A DNA stretch of 49,593 nucleotides from Candidatus Parcubacteria bacterium. Its GTDB lineage: Bacteria > Patescibacteriota > Patescibacteriia > Patescibacteriales > UBA12075. The position numbers and the translations under genes are program-made. The stretch covers positions 1-49,593 of the forward strand of contig PKTK01000011.1 in assembly GCA_002869165.1 (NCBI GenBank). The letters are read 5' to 3'. The notes beneath the pieces are model-generated. The model was not told the DNA's origin, made no database searches, and saw only the letters and a program-made list of their open reading frames with translations. Each line of letters starts with the position of its first letter. Positions within the stretch are counted from its first letter, which is position 1. Below are positions 12,201 to 21,227 of the stretch, in pieces.

Positions 12201-12655
12201 GAAAAATCCTGTTCATAATTAATTATGTGTTCACCATCAATTATCTCTAATTCAAGCTTGTATTCGCCTGCTCGCAATTCTTTACTACTCTTATCAATGG
12301 ATAAACTAAATTCTCCATCTCCCAAATACTTAACCTGTGGTTTTAAATTACTTTTAAGTCTTCCTTGAGCATCTCTTACTTCTGCTTTTATTTCAATATC
12401 CTCATACTGATCTACAAACAAACTCATCAAAAATTCCTTAAAAGAAGAATAAACATTCTGCTTCCTTTTATATTCAAAAACTAAATTCGCATCGTCTTTA
12501 AGGGAAAAGCTATTTCCCGTACCTAAATTTTTCAAAACAAAATTATCATTATCTACCCCCACTTCCTGAGCCAACACAAACAAAGGAACGAGCAACACAA
12601 AAACAAACATTGTTATGCTTTTTAGGAAAGTTCTTGTTGTTTGTTTTTTGTTCAT
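6221..12655 (-). CDS. Giant exported surface/adhesin-like protein with FN3-like and ~110-aa beta-rich repeats (N-terminal 2144 aa of a ~3421-codon frame)
   Basis: N-terminal signal/TM segment; tandem repeats (LKIGDTATATI...VVEG.TDR.D.DDLP); ends mid-repeat at ISDLL*. Confidence 0.85.
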   Translation of the reverse strand: MNKKQTTRTFLKSITMFVFVLLVPLFVLAQEVGVDNDNFVLKNLGTGNSFSLKDDANLVFEYKRKQNVYSSFKEFLMSLFVDQYEDIEIKAEVRDAQGRLKSNLKPQVKYLGDGEFSLSIDKSSKELRAGEYKLELEIIDGEHIINYEQDFSWGVLALNFDKAEYYNGEEAYLQMAVLNELGHTLCDSQLYLEITSPDGGVAYLNTDNGLIGRNSECGADNYIESPDYDAYYGVGAIGDYVVKLKAVTDNGEFEISDTFSVVSSTNFDIQRYGPTRINPTYDYDMEIRVRANVGFRGDVIEKVPVNFNIGSYEIKVNNEIENWKLEIGNFEQEKYLTVKNVDLNIGDELIIDYNFDAPDISPEFYVIGPLELGDFTEKREWQIASDDVNTYIYNDGTSINWITDTQAWDNTDNTYAERDIPRRSENDSANYLEGSSTTVPNLPFVISNVEIGIEGFVEGVEVTPYIIPRFGGSTNGSGYPVAGFTTTDLDAIQWTSVYSDANAPSTWTWSDVQDLDTRIYGLNTSNSQPKILYIDQIYLRVTYTPNDAPTTTIVSAFQKTDGTGAVDIQMTVDDNNDDDEVMTLVQYQEGTTCSNMTKATIDETDLNTTSDRTTDPKVENDNTYQIGNASGYVITSEGINTIDFDWLSDTDELNASSTYCIALTSYDGVSVGNTATTTVTLDNYPPPINNVTFSPSSGVLKIGDTATATIISDATGYTASTMTINGVDVSGTFIDNNDNTYTVSYTVVEGNTDRLDSDDLPISFSMLDASNNASPAYNTADAGNRPGVDSHRPTISQATITNNVYGIGDTITLVLTVTSDTDVYTLGPSTINGVNAQNLVKQSDTAYNVDYVVVEGNTDRSAGTIPISIVVTDEAGNQNNPAFTSLIANTASVDAHRPVITALAIPSLAYKVGDTITATATVSSDTDTYSLGATTINNVSATNIQKINNLTYTFDYTVQEGDDDISTPGAIPISAVFIDSADNPSTPAFTLIDANSATIDANTPSINTVTFNPSSGILKIGDTATATIAVSGSETGLLAGSVMIINGQDVSSTFTGIGGGSYTVAYTVVEGDTNRTDADDLPVNLNIQDVAGNISGSYTTASPSTRPGVDATRPVISSVNLNITSGTLKVGDIATATLTCDNSNYTAGTLTINSIDVSATFVNNLDNTYTVYYEVQEGNNDILDANDLPVSFTVFDINGNESNAFTSADPDNRPGVDANTPSINTVTFTPSSGVLKVGDTATATIAVSIIEAGLLAGTTMTINSIDVSSTFTDIGGGNYTVSYTVKEGNADILDTEDLPVNLNIQDSAGNISSSFTTADPDNRPGVDANTPSIPGNLTFVDHSDHTITIQFGSPSTDDNFLEYKIFYKVGISGVTENDSAWTQVEDADLADRLFNSTATTTISDLLAQTQYVFNIWAYDIAGNKASATTELVTNTNYAPLEATNLNQYKSDGTTIINNGAWTNENQIRLMATSSDPEGEDLDLYFEFLPVASSSLVATSVPVSACSSATAYGLCSSNVWTIGSGADEVNIINIPDSYNGYKWQVLACDNEGTCSEWVKFNASTPNVKVDNTPPSSPGNLVEYSKTNTTVTLSFGASSSEDNFREYIIYYKVGSSGVTENDLSHSSTTDNNLFYQDYNSATSTIIYNLSAGTKYVFNIYAYDEAANVTSASEITVTTDSAANPPTGDFNSVAQKTDGSGVIDISVEIDDPDNDDTLRLKLEYVAGASCDFSSPLDPSIDSSDENITADYGDPDLDNNYPYQIGTTSNWVWTSPGSNTVNFDWLSAIDEPDADGVYCLRLTANDGTYSQLVSATTTIYIDNLEPSSPGALSLNTQNTYDLVLNFGGASVENNFDTYKIFYKQGTSGVTENDIEHIDTNLLNQNYNSIATTSVSSLQAGTDYVFNIWAYDLYGNKSSSSEVSVNTNHIPGLAFSLLQRKTDQVTPIENGAWTDESNVFFSASVNDDDPSEVLSLYYEIRYVGDSFLTATTVPENVCGEGDDFLACSSKVWSITSSNGDYSLSPYIGSGTLPALPDSSTGFKWQVLACDDNNVCSDWVDAGVDPNFKVDTVDPSSPGNLSFNSRTYNSVTLDFGATTTEDNFREYIIYYKTGASGVTENDSMHSSTTDINLFNKYYNGAQNTTISDLL
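8657..9034. repeat. Identical 48-bp direct repeats (8657-8704 and 8987-9034), 330 bp apart, inside the giant gene
   Basis: AATACTTGGCGTATTAGCATCCACGCCTGGGCGATTGTCTGGGTCAGC present twice. Confidence 0.9.
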
Positions 12656-12663
12656 ATTATCAA

Positions 12664-12761
12664 TGTCATTGCGAACGTAGCGAAGCGAGGTGAAGCAATC
12701 TCAATTAAATGCACTCGACAGAGATTGCCACGTCGTCGCTTCTCTCCTCCTCGCAATGACA
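12664..12761. repeat. REP/MITE-like palindromic element (TGTCATTGCGA...GCAATCTC / GAGATTGC...TCGCAATGACA)
   Basis: Terminal and internal inverted repeats; related TGTCATT...AATGACA elements at about 20454-20480, 20595-20698 and 38524-38587. Confidence 0.75.
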
Positions 12762-12771
12762 AAGGTTTATA

Positions 12772-15700
12772 TTATTCTCCTCCGTCATCATTTCTCCATC
12801 TATAATGAATCTGTTCTACATAAACCAATTTAGTCTGGTAAAAATCTAGATACGTATCAAAGTCCTCAACTGCACTGTCATTCGTAGTATACAATTCTGC
12901 ATCATAATCAACACTAGTTGATGCAAAAGTATTAGCAAATATCAAATTAAAATTTAGTGTACAAGAATTGTCAGCACAAACTGATGAACTAGACGGACCA
13001 ACGCTCACAGCACTATTTATATCTGTACCAGTTTCAGTAAAAGTATCTTCTGATTGACTCCAAGTGAATTCCAGATCAGAAAATGGCGTATTGTAATCAT
13101 TGTCATCAGCAAGTCTAAGCACCACTTCATCAAGTACAGCATATCCATTTGCCTCACTTACAACTGCTTGAAAATTATATTCTGTTACTGCGTCCAGAAC
13201 CAACCAATTGCTAGTCACAGGATTAGTTAAGGTTAAAGAAACGTTGTTTACCGAACCATTGGTCTTGACTGTTATTTCCTGAGCGCTACTTGCATGGCCA
13301 AATAGATCATATGCCCAGATATTTATCACGTAATCAGTACTAGGAATAAGCCCTTCCAGAGTGGTTGACCCTGCGCCATTATAATCAATTAGCCCCAAAC
13401 TTGGATCACCTGGAATTGTTGATGAACTAAACTCTATATTTGCCTCTGTCACTCCACTTATTCCTTCTTTGTAATGAATATCGTAATGAGAAAAATTCGT
13501 ATCACTTGAAGCATTGCCAAATGCAAGCGTTATGGTAGAAGTACTTTTTGATTCCACTATTAGATTACCAGGTGCAGTTGGATCAACATTATCAAGCACC
13601 AATGTGGTAGTTGCTGGATTATTCTGATCATCGATCAAGTCATTGGCTGTAAGACGAAGGCAATAAGTATCATCAGCATTTGGCAGATCATTCACAGTAT
13701 CCCAATCAAAAGAAACAGTGTTTGTAGCTGGGGTCAATATATAACCATTTGCATTACCAATTTGATAATCATTATCATTTTCAATTGACACCACACCATA
13801 AGAGGTCCCGATATTTGCAGACGTCTCATCAAGCAAAGGATCAAGCCCGCCTGCCCCAAAGCTACAATCAGCGCCTTGCACATATTCAAGTTTGGCAATT
13901 GCGAAAGCGTTTGCAGTATCTAGATCATCAACATCAATTGAAATATCAACCACGCCCGAGCCATCTGTTTTTTGCGTAGCTGGACTAGCACTTGTAAAAA
14001 TAGCTGTAGGGGCTTTATTTGTTTTGTATGAAAAAACCGTAGAACTAGACACATGACCATATTCATCATAAGCAAACATTGAAAAATAATAAGTAACATT
14101 TTCTAAAAGACCTAAAATAGTAGTTGTTGCCTCGCTATTAAACAAAACATTATTCAAATTAATATCTGATTTTGAGGCATGCATATAGTCAAGCTCATCA
14201 ATATCTGAAGAAGTTGCGTAATATATCCTATATTCTAAGAAATGCATATCACTTGAGGTAGCACCATAATACAAAGTAACACTTTCCTTAGTAGAACTTG
14301 CTCCCACGAAAGTTCCTGGTGCGCTAGGAGCTTTATTGTCGATTGTTAAAGTGGTGGTGGCTGGGCTCGCATCAACATTATCTCCGTCAGTTGCTGTTAA
14401 CTGCAAACAATAATCACCTTCCGTGTCACTCGTATCAAGTGCGCTCAACCAGTCAAAATTAACTGTTGAAGTTCCTCCACTCATAGTAATATAACCTGTA
14501 GATGTTCCAATTTGATATATTTGATTATTATCAATATCAGCATCCCCTGGACTAGAAGTAGCATTAGCATCAGTCTCGTCTAAAGTCGGGTCAAGTGGGG
14601 TTGAAAAATCGCAAGTATTTCCTGGTACATAGTCAAGCCTTGCTCTTGAGTTATCATTGTCCTCATCATAAACCTTGACAGTAATATCAACCACGCCACT
14701 ATCGTCCTTTCTCTGCAAGACAGAGATAAATTCTGAATCTGGAGGATTGTTTGGAGTATAATCAACCCTTATATATATCTGATCAATATATAGATTATTA
14801 GGAGTAGAGTTTGATGAGTTTCCTCCAAATAAACGCACATCAAGATTGGCAACATCAGCCCAAGTCCAAGTTGTTGGAGCATTAGTACTATTTGTAATAT
14901 CAATATAAAATGGAATGCTGGTGTCTGTATTTTCCATTTCAGTTGCTGTTATTTGATACTGATCTCCAGCGCTTATTCCGCCAAAATAAGGAGTAACATA
15001 AGTTGTTATTGTTGTACCATCTACATAACCTTCAATTCCCACTTCAACCGTATTTATATCACCTCCCAAATTAACTGAGGAATTTATGTTTGATTGAATA
15101 TAATTAGCTGGCTCACCTCCCCCTGTCTTTTTAGGAATCTCTCTATATGCATATGTATCCACTCCATTGTCCCAGGCCCAGGTCGAAGATGCCCAACCCA
15201 CATGGACACCATTAGTAGAAGTGCTTACGATAATAACATCAGAAGCAATCTGCCATTCTCTGGCTTCATGCCACTCAGCAATTTCAAGTGGTCCTAATAA
15301 ATAAAACTCTGGAGAAATATCTGGAGCATCGAAGTTATATACTATTATCAATTCATCTGCAATTTCCAGATCAATATTGGTCCAAGAAATCTCTTTTTCA
15401 TATTCAAAGTCCATTTCTCTAAATTTTGACTTAGGACTAGTGCTTGCCAAAGTATCATTGTAGATTAAATACTCACTGCTAGAAGCTTCTTTTAAATACA
15501 CGGTCTGCGTAGCAATCTCAAAATCAATTGGCACGTAGTCGTAAATATTACCAGAAAAATTTTCATTTGCCTTAATAGTGATAGCCATATCATAATCAGC
15601 CAATGGATAAATTCTGGTTGGACCGACTCTCTCAACGTCATAAGCTACATATTTATCTTTTCTCAAGATGTCGTTTATTGTATAAGTTCCGTTGTCAGTC

Positions 15701-18129
15701 ACGGCTGTTAAGCTCAAGTTATATTCACCAAACTCATCCATGATATAAAAAGCATAATAATCAGGATCGTCCATAACCTTTTCAGGAACACATTCAGGAT
15801 TTCTGGCTAATAAACCATTATCAGTTGAAAGGACTGAAGTAATGCCAGTAGGAGAAGTTATCTCCAGGCTCAATTCAGCTTCGCACAAAGTATGTCCATA
15901 GTCATCAAGTACGGCCATTTGCAGATAAGCAGTATCATCATCAGGGCCATATATAGACTTATTGGCGTTGATCGCCAAAACTCCCCAAGAAAAATTCTGT
16001 CCAATATCAATAGTCTGCTCATCACCACTAGATAGATCTGAAATAGTAAAGACTAGTTTATATTTACCTGGTTTATAACCTCGAGGCATATATGGAAGAC
16101 GGATCTCAAAGTTACCATCCTCCTCAAAGATCATAGAAAGTGGTAAATCCAAAAAATTACCTTCCATATCTTGTAAACTCACGTTAATATCAATATCTTC
16201 CCAATAACTAGCTAGTCCAAACATCTCCCCCACACTATCAAGTAGAGCTTGTCTATTTTTTAAATAATGAAATTTAAGTACACCTTGTTCATTCATGGCA
16301 AAATCAAGCTTATTAGAAACCAAACTCAAAGCTTTTTCCCACTCTTTTCTCTCATTTATTTTCTTTACTGTATCACTGGGTTCATATTCAGCTTCTACCC
16401 AGACGCCATCAATGTAAGCGATGTATTCGTTTTGCGCATCAATTGCTTCCACTCTAAGTTGTAAATTCTCAATGTCTTCCCAATTACTTAAAAACGAAGC
16501 ATCAAAACTAAAATAGCCATCACTCAACGCATTCACTACTAAATCATCACTAAGAGTATCCAATTTATGCCACACCACGTCATCAGCCATACCAGTAGTA
16601 GAGGAAATACCATACCAAATTATTAATTTTGCTTCACCCAAAATACTACTCTGCGCTTGGGCTTTTTTTATAAATTGAAATAAACTTATTTCTTCGGTTT
16701 CTACACTTTCTTCACTAAAATTTTCCTCTATTTCAATAACTTCTTCTACCTCTTCCACAGTTTCAACAGAAGCTTCAATAATTTCATCTTCTTCTTCAAC
16801 AATAACCTCTGCTTCCTCTTCTGCTCCTTCAGTAATCTCTACACTAATTCCCTCCGTTTTTGCATCTGCCATTCCAGCCTCAAGTACTTCTAGATCATCT
16901 TCCTTTAATTTTAGTTCCAAATCATCTGTGTTTATAGAGTCTTCATCAAATACTAATTCAGTGTCCTTATTTTGAGAAATAATTTCTTCCTCTTCTTCTA
17001 TCACAATCTGTTCTTCTTGATTAATATCATCAACACTTGTAACTGTATTGCTTTCTGGTTCAGTTTCTACCCCTAAAACTTGCATTGCCATGGAAAGTTT
17101 GATGCTAGCACTCTTAAAAACGCCTAAATCACTTAAACTTATAGCTCCTTCACTTACCATTTCAATTGCTTTAGCTTCAGTTGTTCCCCAAATATTATCA
17201 AAAGTATCTAAAAATCCTAGATCCAAAATTTCCTCAGCTTCTGCTGGTGTTTCTTCTAGCTCCTCTAGACTAGCTTCATCTTCCTCAATTATTTCAATTT
17301 CTATATTATCTTGGGAATCAAATTCTTGTAAATTTTCATCACTTTCAATATTCAAAGGCTCCAAACCCTCATCTGTGTTTTCTTCAATAAAAATATCTTC
17401 TTCATTTATAAAATCATTAACAATATCTCCATCAGTTATAACTTCTATTTCATCACTAGATTCATTTTTTTCTAATACTTCAATCTCTTCGTCTGTAATT
17501 GTTTTGATGTCATTAGTACTAACCACTTCATCTTCAGTAATTGCGCTTGACTCAAATTCTTGGTTACCAGTATTTTCTACATCTGTAATCAACTCCACAC
17601 TAGCATCAATCGTAGCAGTTTCTTCTATAGTCTCCTCTTCTTCTCTTATCAATTCTTCATCTACCTCTTCTTCTGAAGAAAATACGCCTAAATCTTCTTC
17701 TAAAAATCTAAAACCAGAAAAACTAAGGCTAAAATTACCACCAGTATAAAAGGCTGAGTTACCATCATTAAAATCTACCAAATTACCATCCTCTGGAATC
17801 TGCGGAGCAAAAGTGGCGAAATCCATATTCCACCAACCTTCTTCAAAAGACTCAGCTTCCTTGTCTTGAATTGCAGAGCTGGCATAAAGTTTAATGGTTT
17901 CAGTTTTGGTGTAATTAGCTTTTAAGGTATTTATGATAATTTCTAGAGGAGAAAAACCAAAAAGCATCAAAAATACAAAAACCCCAACAAAAAGCAAAGA
18001 CCAGCTAAAAAATCTATTTTTCAGCTGGCTGTTTTTGCTCTCTGTTTTACCAAATTTTAAACCAAATTTAGTATTCTTTGAGCACAATATCTGGTTGTGC
18101 TTATTTAATTGCATGGGGATGCTATTCAA
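12772..18129 (-). CDS. Giant membrane-anchored surface protein (1785 aa) with acidic low-complexity region and FN3-like repeats; paralog of the downstream giant protein
   Basis: N-terminal TM helix, E/D-rich stretch, shared FSWGVLA.N..K...AYLQMAVL...GHTLC module and FN3-like repeats. Confidence 0.85.
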   Translation of the reverse strand: MNSIPMQLNKHNQILCSKNTKFGLKFGKTESKNSQLKNRFFSWSLLFVGVFVFLMLFGFSPLEIIINTLKANYTKTETIKLYASSAIQDKEAESFEEGWWNMDFATFAPQIPEDGNLVDFNDGNSAFYTGGNFSLSFSGFRFLEEDLGVFSSEEEVDEELIREEEETIEETATIDASVELITDVENTGNQEFESSAITEDEVVSTNDIKTITDEEIEVLEKNESSDEIEVITDGDIVNDFINEEDIFIEENTDEGLEPLNIESDENLQEFDSQDNIEIEIIEEDEASLEELEETPAEAEEILDLGFLDTFDNIWGTTEAKAIEMVSEGAISLSDLGVFKSASIKLSMAMQVLGVETEPESNTVTSVDDINQEEQIVIEEEEEIISQNKDTELVFDEDSINTDDLELKLKEDDLEVLEAGMADAKTEGISVEITEGAEEEAEVIVEEEDEIIEASVETVEEVEEVIEIEENFSEESVETEEISLFQFIKKAQAQSSILGEAKLIIWYGISSTTGMADDVVWHKLDTLSDDLVVNALSDGYFSFDASFLSNWEDIENLQLRVEAIDAQNEYIAYIDGVWVEAEYEPSDTVKKINERKEWEKALSLVSNKLDFAMNEQGVLKFHYLKNRQALLDSVGEMFGLASYWEDIDINVSLQDMEGNFLDLPLSMIFEEDGNFEIRLPYMPRGYKPGKYKLVFTISDLSSGDEQTIDIGQNFSWGVLAINANKSIYGPDDDTAYLQMAVLDDYGHTLCEAELSLEITSPTGITSVLSTDNGLLARNPECVPEKVMDDPDYYAFYIMDEFGEYNLSLTAVTDNGTYTINDILRKDKYVAYDVERVGPTRIYPLADYDMAITIKANENFSGNIYDYVPIDFEIATQTVYLKEASSSEYLIYNDTLASTSPKSKFREMDFEYEKEISWTNIDLEIADELIIVYNFDAPDISPEFYLLGPLEIAEWHEAREWQIASDVIIVSTSTNGVHVGWASSTWAWDNGVDTYAYREIPKKTGGGEPANYIQSNINSSVNLGGDINTVEVGIEGYVDGTTITTYVTPYFGGISAGDQYQITATEMENTDTSIPFYIDITNSTNAPTTWTWADVANLDVRLFGGNSSNSTPNNLYIDQIYIRVDYTPNNPPDSEFISVLQRKDDSGVVDITVKVYDEDNDNSRARLDYVPGNTCDFSTPLDPTLDETDANATSSPGDADIDNNQIYQIGTSTGYITMSGGTSTVNFDWLSALDTSDTEGDYCLQLTATDGDNVDASPATTTLTIDNKAPSAPGTFVGASSTKESVTLYYGATSSDMHFLEYRIYYATSSDIDELDYMHASKSDINLNNVLFNSEATTTILGLLENVTYYFSMFAYDEYGHVSSSTVFSYKTNKAPTAIFTSASPATQKTDGSGVVDISIDVDDLDTANAFAIAKLEYVQGADCSFGAGGLDPLLDETSANIGTSYGVVSIENDNDYQIGNANGYILTPATNTVSFDWDTVNDLPNADDTYCLRLTANDLIDDQNNPATTTLVLDNVDPTAPGNLIVESKSTSTITLAFGNASSDTNFSHYDIHYKEGISGVTEANIEFSSSTIPGDPSLGLIDYNGAGSTTLEGLIPSTDYVINIWAYDLFGHASSAQEITVKTNGSVNNVSLTLTNPVTSNWLVLDAVTEYNFQAVVSEANGYAVLDEVVLRLADDNDYNTPFSDLEFTWSQSEDTFTETGTDINSAVSVGPSSSSVCADNSCTLNFNLIFANTFASTSVDYDAELYTTNDSAVEDFDTYLDFYQTKLVYVEQIHYRWRNDDGGE

Positions 18130-18170
18130 TTTTTTGCCACCTTCCGGACAGTGGCAAATTAAGGCAAAGA

Positions 18171-18593
18171 TTAAAACTTAATAGTTTCTTGATTTTGTTC
18201 CTGTATATTTTTATTTCCAGGATTTACAGTATTATTAGTAAAATAAAATATTGAAAAAAGTAAGGCGCTAAATATTACTAAAAGTATAATTATCAAAGGA
18301 ATAGCTGATTTAAAGTTTTGTAATATTAGCTTAATAATACTAAGCTCCATTTCCAACTTTCTTTTAGCATTCAAGATTTTTTCAGTATAAGTAGGAGTTT
18401 TATCCTTATTTTTACTAGCATTTTTATAAGCTAATACAGCATCCGCGGTAGTCATCCAAGAAATGTTTGTATATACCTGTTTACCTGGAATTTTACCCGA
18501 TCTAATCAACTGACCAATATAGTCAGCACTGTAACCTGATACTTCTCCGGCTTCTTTTAGGGAAATTAGGTCTTTTTCTTTCAATTTTGTCAT
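18171..18593 (-). CDS. Helix-turn-helix (excisionase/MerR-like) protein with C-terminal transmembrane helix
   Basis: ISLKEAGEVSGYSADYIGQLIRSGKIPG HTH pattern; hydrophobic IPLIIILLVIFSALLFSIFYF. Confidence 0.8.
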   Translation of the reverse strand: MTKLKEKDLISLKEAGEVSGYSADYIGQLIRSGKIPGKQVYTNISWMTTADAVLAYKNASKNKDKTPTYTEKILNAKRKLEMELSIIKLILQNFKSAIPLIIILLVIFSALLFSIFYFTNNTVNPGNKNIQEQNQETIKF

Positions 18594-18611
18594 TTTGCTA
18601 ATTTTAGTACT

Positions 18612-18661
18612 TCTCGACCCCCGAGATTATTTCTAGATGGTCAATCTCGACCCCCGAGATT
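18612..18661. promoter_or_regulatory. Tandem palindromic operator-like sites TCTCG-ACCCC-CGAGATT (18612-18628, 18645-18661)
   Basis: Two identical 17-bp palindromic sites, 33 bp apart, directly upstream of the HTH gene. Confidence 0.65.
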
Positions 18662-19566
18662 CTCAATTTCTATCTATATTGTACCATTTTTTAATTATAT
18701 AAAGCAAGTCTTAAAAGGTAAATATTTTAGCTATTTTTACTTAAAAATATGCAATAAATCTCTAACTATTTACAATTTTAAAACATTTTTTATTTTTAAA
18801 ATATAAAATTTTTATTATCTGTGGAAAAAATAATCCAATTTATTGACAAATTAACTAAAAAATTCTAATATAATAAATCTTTAAAAACCTAATAATAAAA
18901 TTAAGGAGAAGACAATTGATAAAAAAATATCTACTAATCAACACTATCAACATTCTATTTATTTTACTTTTTTTTGTTTTGCTTGTTCATTTTAACTACA
19001 ACATCCAAAAAGTTCTAATTTTCTACTACTCTCCAATTTTAATAATTGGAATAATGCTTGTATTAATTAGAGCTTACAAGAAAAAAAGACGGTCTTTGAT
19101 ATGTATCTAATATACTTATAAATTGTGAAAAATTTCGTAAACATGGGCTTGTCTTATTAATAATTTTAAATATTTCATTTTTAGTTATTGCAAAGACATG
19201 TTTTCTAGCTATTATAAATATTTATTTTTCTTTATTTTTCTCATTTATAAAATTATTAAAAGCAACTCTAGACGAATATGCCTCGCAAATAGTCGATGAA
19301 CTTCTCGTTAAAGAACCAAAGCCATGTTTATTTGCCTTAACCCTATTCTACATTAGTCTTGTTTTTGCAAATTTGTATCTTGCAAGGCTTGATAACCTTT
19401 CACTCCTGGATGATATTTTCTTTTTTCTTTTTAACACATTTGTAGTGTTTAGTATTACAAGACTCTCAAATTATCTTGGATGCTTGCTACTGGAAAAAAA
19501 TACATATAAACACAAAATGAAGTTTCTTTTCGAAACTTCCTTTTTTATTTTATCTAAATTGTTTTT

Positions 19567-20064
19567 TTATCTTGCTGCTTCTATAGGTTGAATCTCTGAA
19601 CTTGAGCCAAGCTCTTCATGACATGAACCTACAGCCATTTGTCCACTGTCATATATGTAAACATAATAGCCAGTCATATCTGATGAAGCTCCTGAGGCAC
19701 TAGGATCTATCGGAATATCAGCAATATAACCCTCATCAATTAAATATAATAAATTAACGCATGATGACTGCAATGTCACTGAGGGAGTTGAGCAAGTAGT
19801 ATCGCAACCAGTAGTTGCCTCACCTATCTGATAATACCTATTAACAGTAAGCGCTGCTACATTTGCATGGTGTGTTCCACCATTATCTACTTGATCAAGT
19901 CTTAGGGCGTTTAATACAGCTGCTGAGTCAGTGCTTCTCTGGGCATTTCTAGAATCTTGAAAACGAGCTAATGGGTCCAAAGAAACAAAAGCCAGCGCAG
20001 CTAAAACAGCAATAATGCCAATTACTATTAATAATTCTACTAAAGTAAAGCCTCTCTTGTACAT
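19567..20064 (-). CDS. Type IV pilin/pseudopilin
   Basis: Prepilin cleavage/methylation motif RG|FTLVELLIVIGIIAVLA; Cys pairs in the globular domain. Confidence 0.92.
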   Translation of the reverse strand: MYKRGFTLVELLIVIGIIAVLAALAFVSLDPLARFQDSRNAQRSTDSAAVLNALRLDQVDNGGTHHANVAALTVNRYYQIGEATTGCDTTCSTPSVTLQSSCVNLLYLIDEGYIADIPIDPSASGASSDMTGYYVYIYDSGQMAVGSCHEELGSSSEIQPIEAAR

Positions 20065-20334
20065 ATTGTTAAAATTATTTTATATTAACATTATAACACA
20101 AATGTAAAATATCGTAAAAATTAAGCTTTGGATTAGAATTTAAGATGTCGGGATGCCCGCCCAAGGCGGATTAGCCTTTATAATTTTAATGTTGCTAAAA
20201 AGATCTGAAGAGGCGGAAGCCTCACGCCATCGACTAAAGTGTCTTTTTTTTTCTACTATAATTATCTATCTTTCATATTCTTGTTTCTTATTTTGACTAT
20301 CAACAATGTCGAATACTACTCATACCAAAGTATT

Positions 20335-20362
20335 TAAAAAACAGGTCATTGACCTGTTTTTT
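20335..20362 (-). terminator. Intrinsic terminator after the tRNA
   Basis: AAAAAACAGGTCA-T-TGACCTGTTTTTT palindrome. Confidence 0.75.
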
Positions 20363-20369
20363 AAATAAG

Positions 20370-20443
20370 TCGGGGTGAAAGGATTCGAACCTTCGACCTC
20401 ATGACCCCCAGCCATGCGCGCTAACCAACTACGCTACACCCCG
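20370..20443 (-). tRNA. tRNA-Pro (anticodon GGG); CCA not encoded
   Basis: CGGGGTG/CACCCCG acceptor, TAGCGTAGTTGGTTAGCGC D-arm, CATGG-CTGGGGG-TCATG anticodon arm, GGTTCGAATCC T-arm. Confidence 0.96.
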
Positions 20444-20843
20444 AATTCTCTTTGTCATTCCCGCCTCCACGGGAATGACAGAAAATAATATCTAATTATC
20501 AATTTATCAAACAAAGCAAAATATTGCAATTACTATTTTTATCATTTCCTAAGGAGCGGAAATCACAAAATCAATCTACAAAAAAACTCTTCTTTGTCAT
20601 TCTGGGGCTCCTGTAGCGGATGCGGAAGGAGAACCCGGAATCCAGAAAAAAACACGGTGGATCCCGGACTCCTCACTCCGCTCGGCCCCAGGATAACAAA
20701 AACAACAAAGACAGGATTATTGTTTCTGATAACGATTTATTACAGCAACCTATCAATTACCACGTCAAAGGAATTCTTCACTGACTATCAGAATGGCAAA
20801 AAGAAAAATAATCCTGATTACTGATTCTAAAATTTATTATTAA

Positions 20844-21133
20844 TTAGCGTATTCGCTTAGAGTACTAAAAAAGCTCCACCACTTTGGGCTAATCAAGAAT
20901 TGGCCTATATTTAATAGGATCTGTTAAATCACATAACAGTCGGTGTTTTTCTTTTCACTCGTAGACTTGTTTCAATAAAGTCCGCTAGTAAACAGAAATT
21001 CACTTATTTCACCTTTATTCCTACTTTAATTTCCAAGAGAAACCAAAGACACGGAAAAGCCAATAATATCTATTTGATCCAAATCTTGATAATAGCGTGA
21101 TGAAGCTTTCTTAGGCCACTAAGCTTCTGCTAA
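20844..21133 (-). ncRNA. Candidate ~290-nt structured ncRNA
   Basis: Nested long-range pairing on the minus strand with G-U pairs (AAAGCTTCATCAC/GTGGTGGAGCTTT, ATCAAGA/TCTTGAT, GCTTAG/CTAAGC); no ORF; extended -10 TGTTACAAT at 21210-21218. Confidence 0.4.
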
Positions 21134-21227
21134 TGGCCTAAATCTAATAAGTTTTAACTTAAAAAGAGCGAAATATTTTAAATAAAATTTATTTTTGTTT
21201 TCTAACTTAATTGTAACATATTGTAAG

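Noticed and set aside
17048-17749. 233-aa Ser-rich plus-strand ORF
   Set aside because: Antisense shadow of the Glu-rich region of the 1785-aa gene.
18916-19591. Membrane protein gene(s)
   Set aside because: Only short, very AT-rich fragments with non-ATG starts; possibly a decayed gene but not supportable.
20594-20824. 76-aa ORF
   Set aside because: Overlaps a REP-like palindromic element; no RBS or motif.
20860-20882. tmRNA 3' end (CTCCACCA)
   Set aside because: No T-arm before it and no matching GGGG 5' end.
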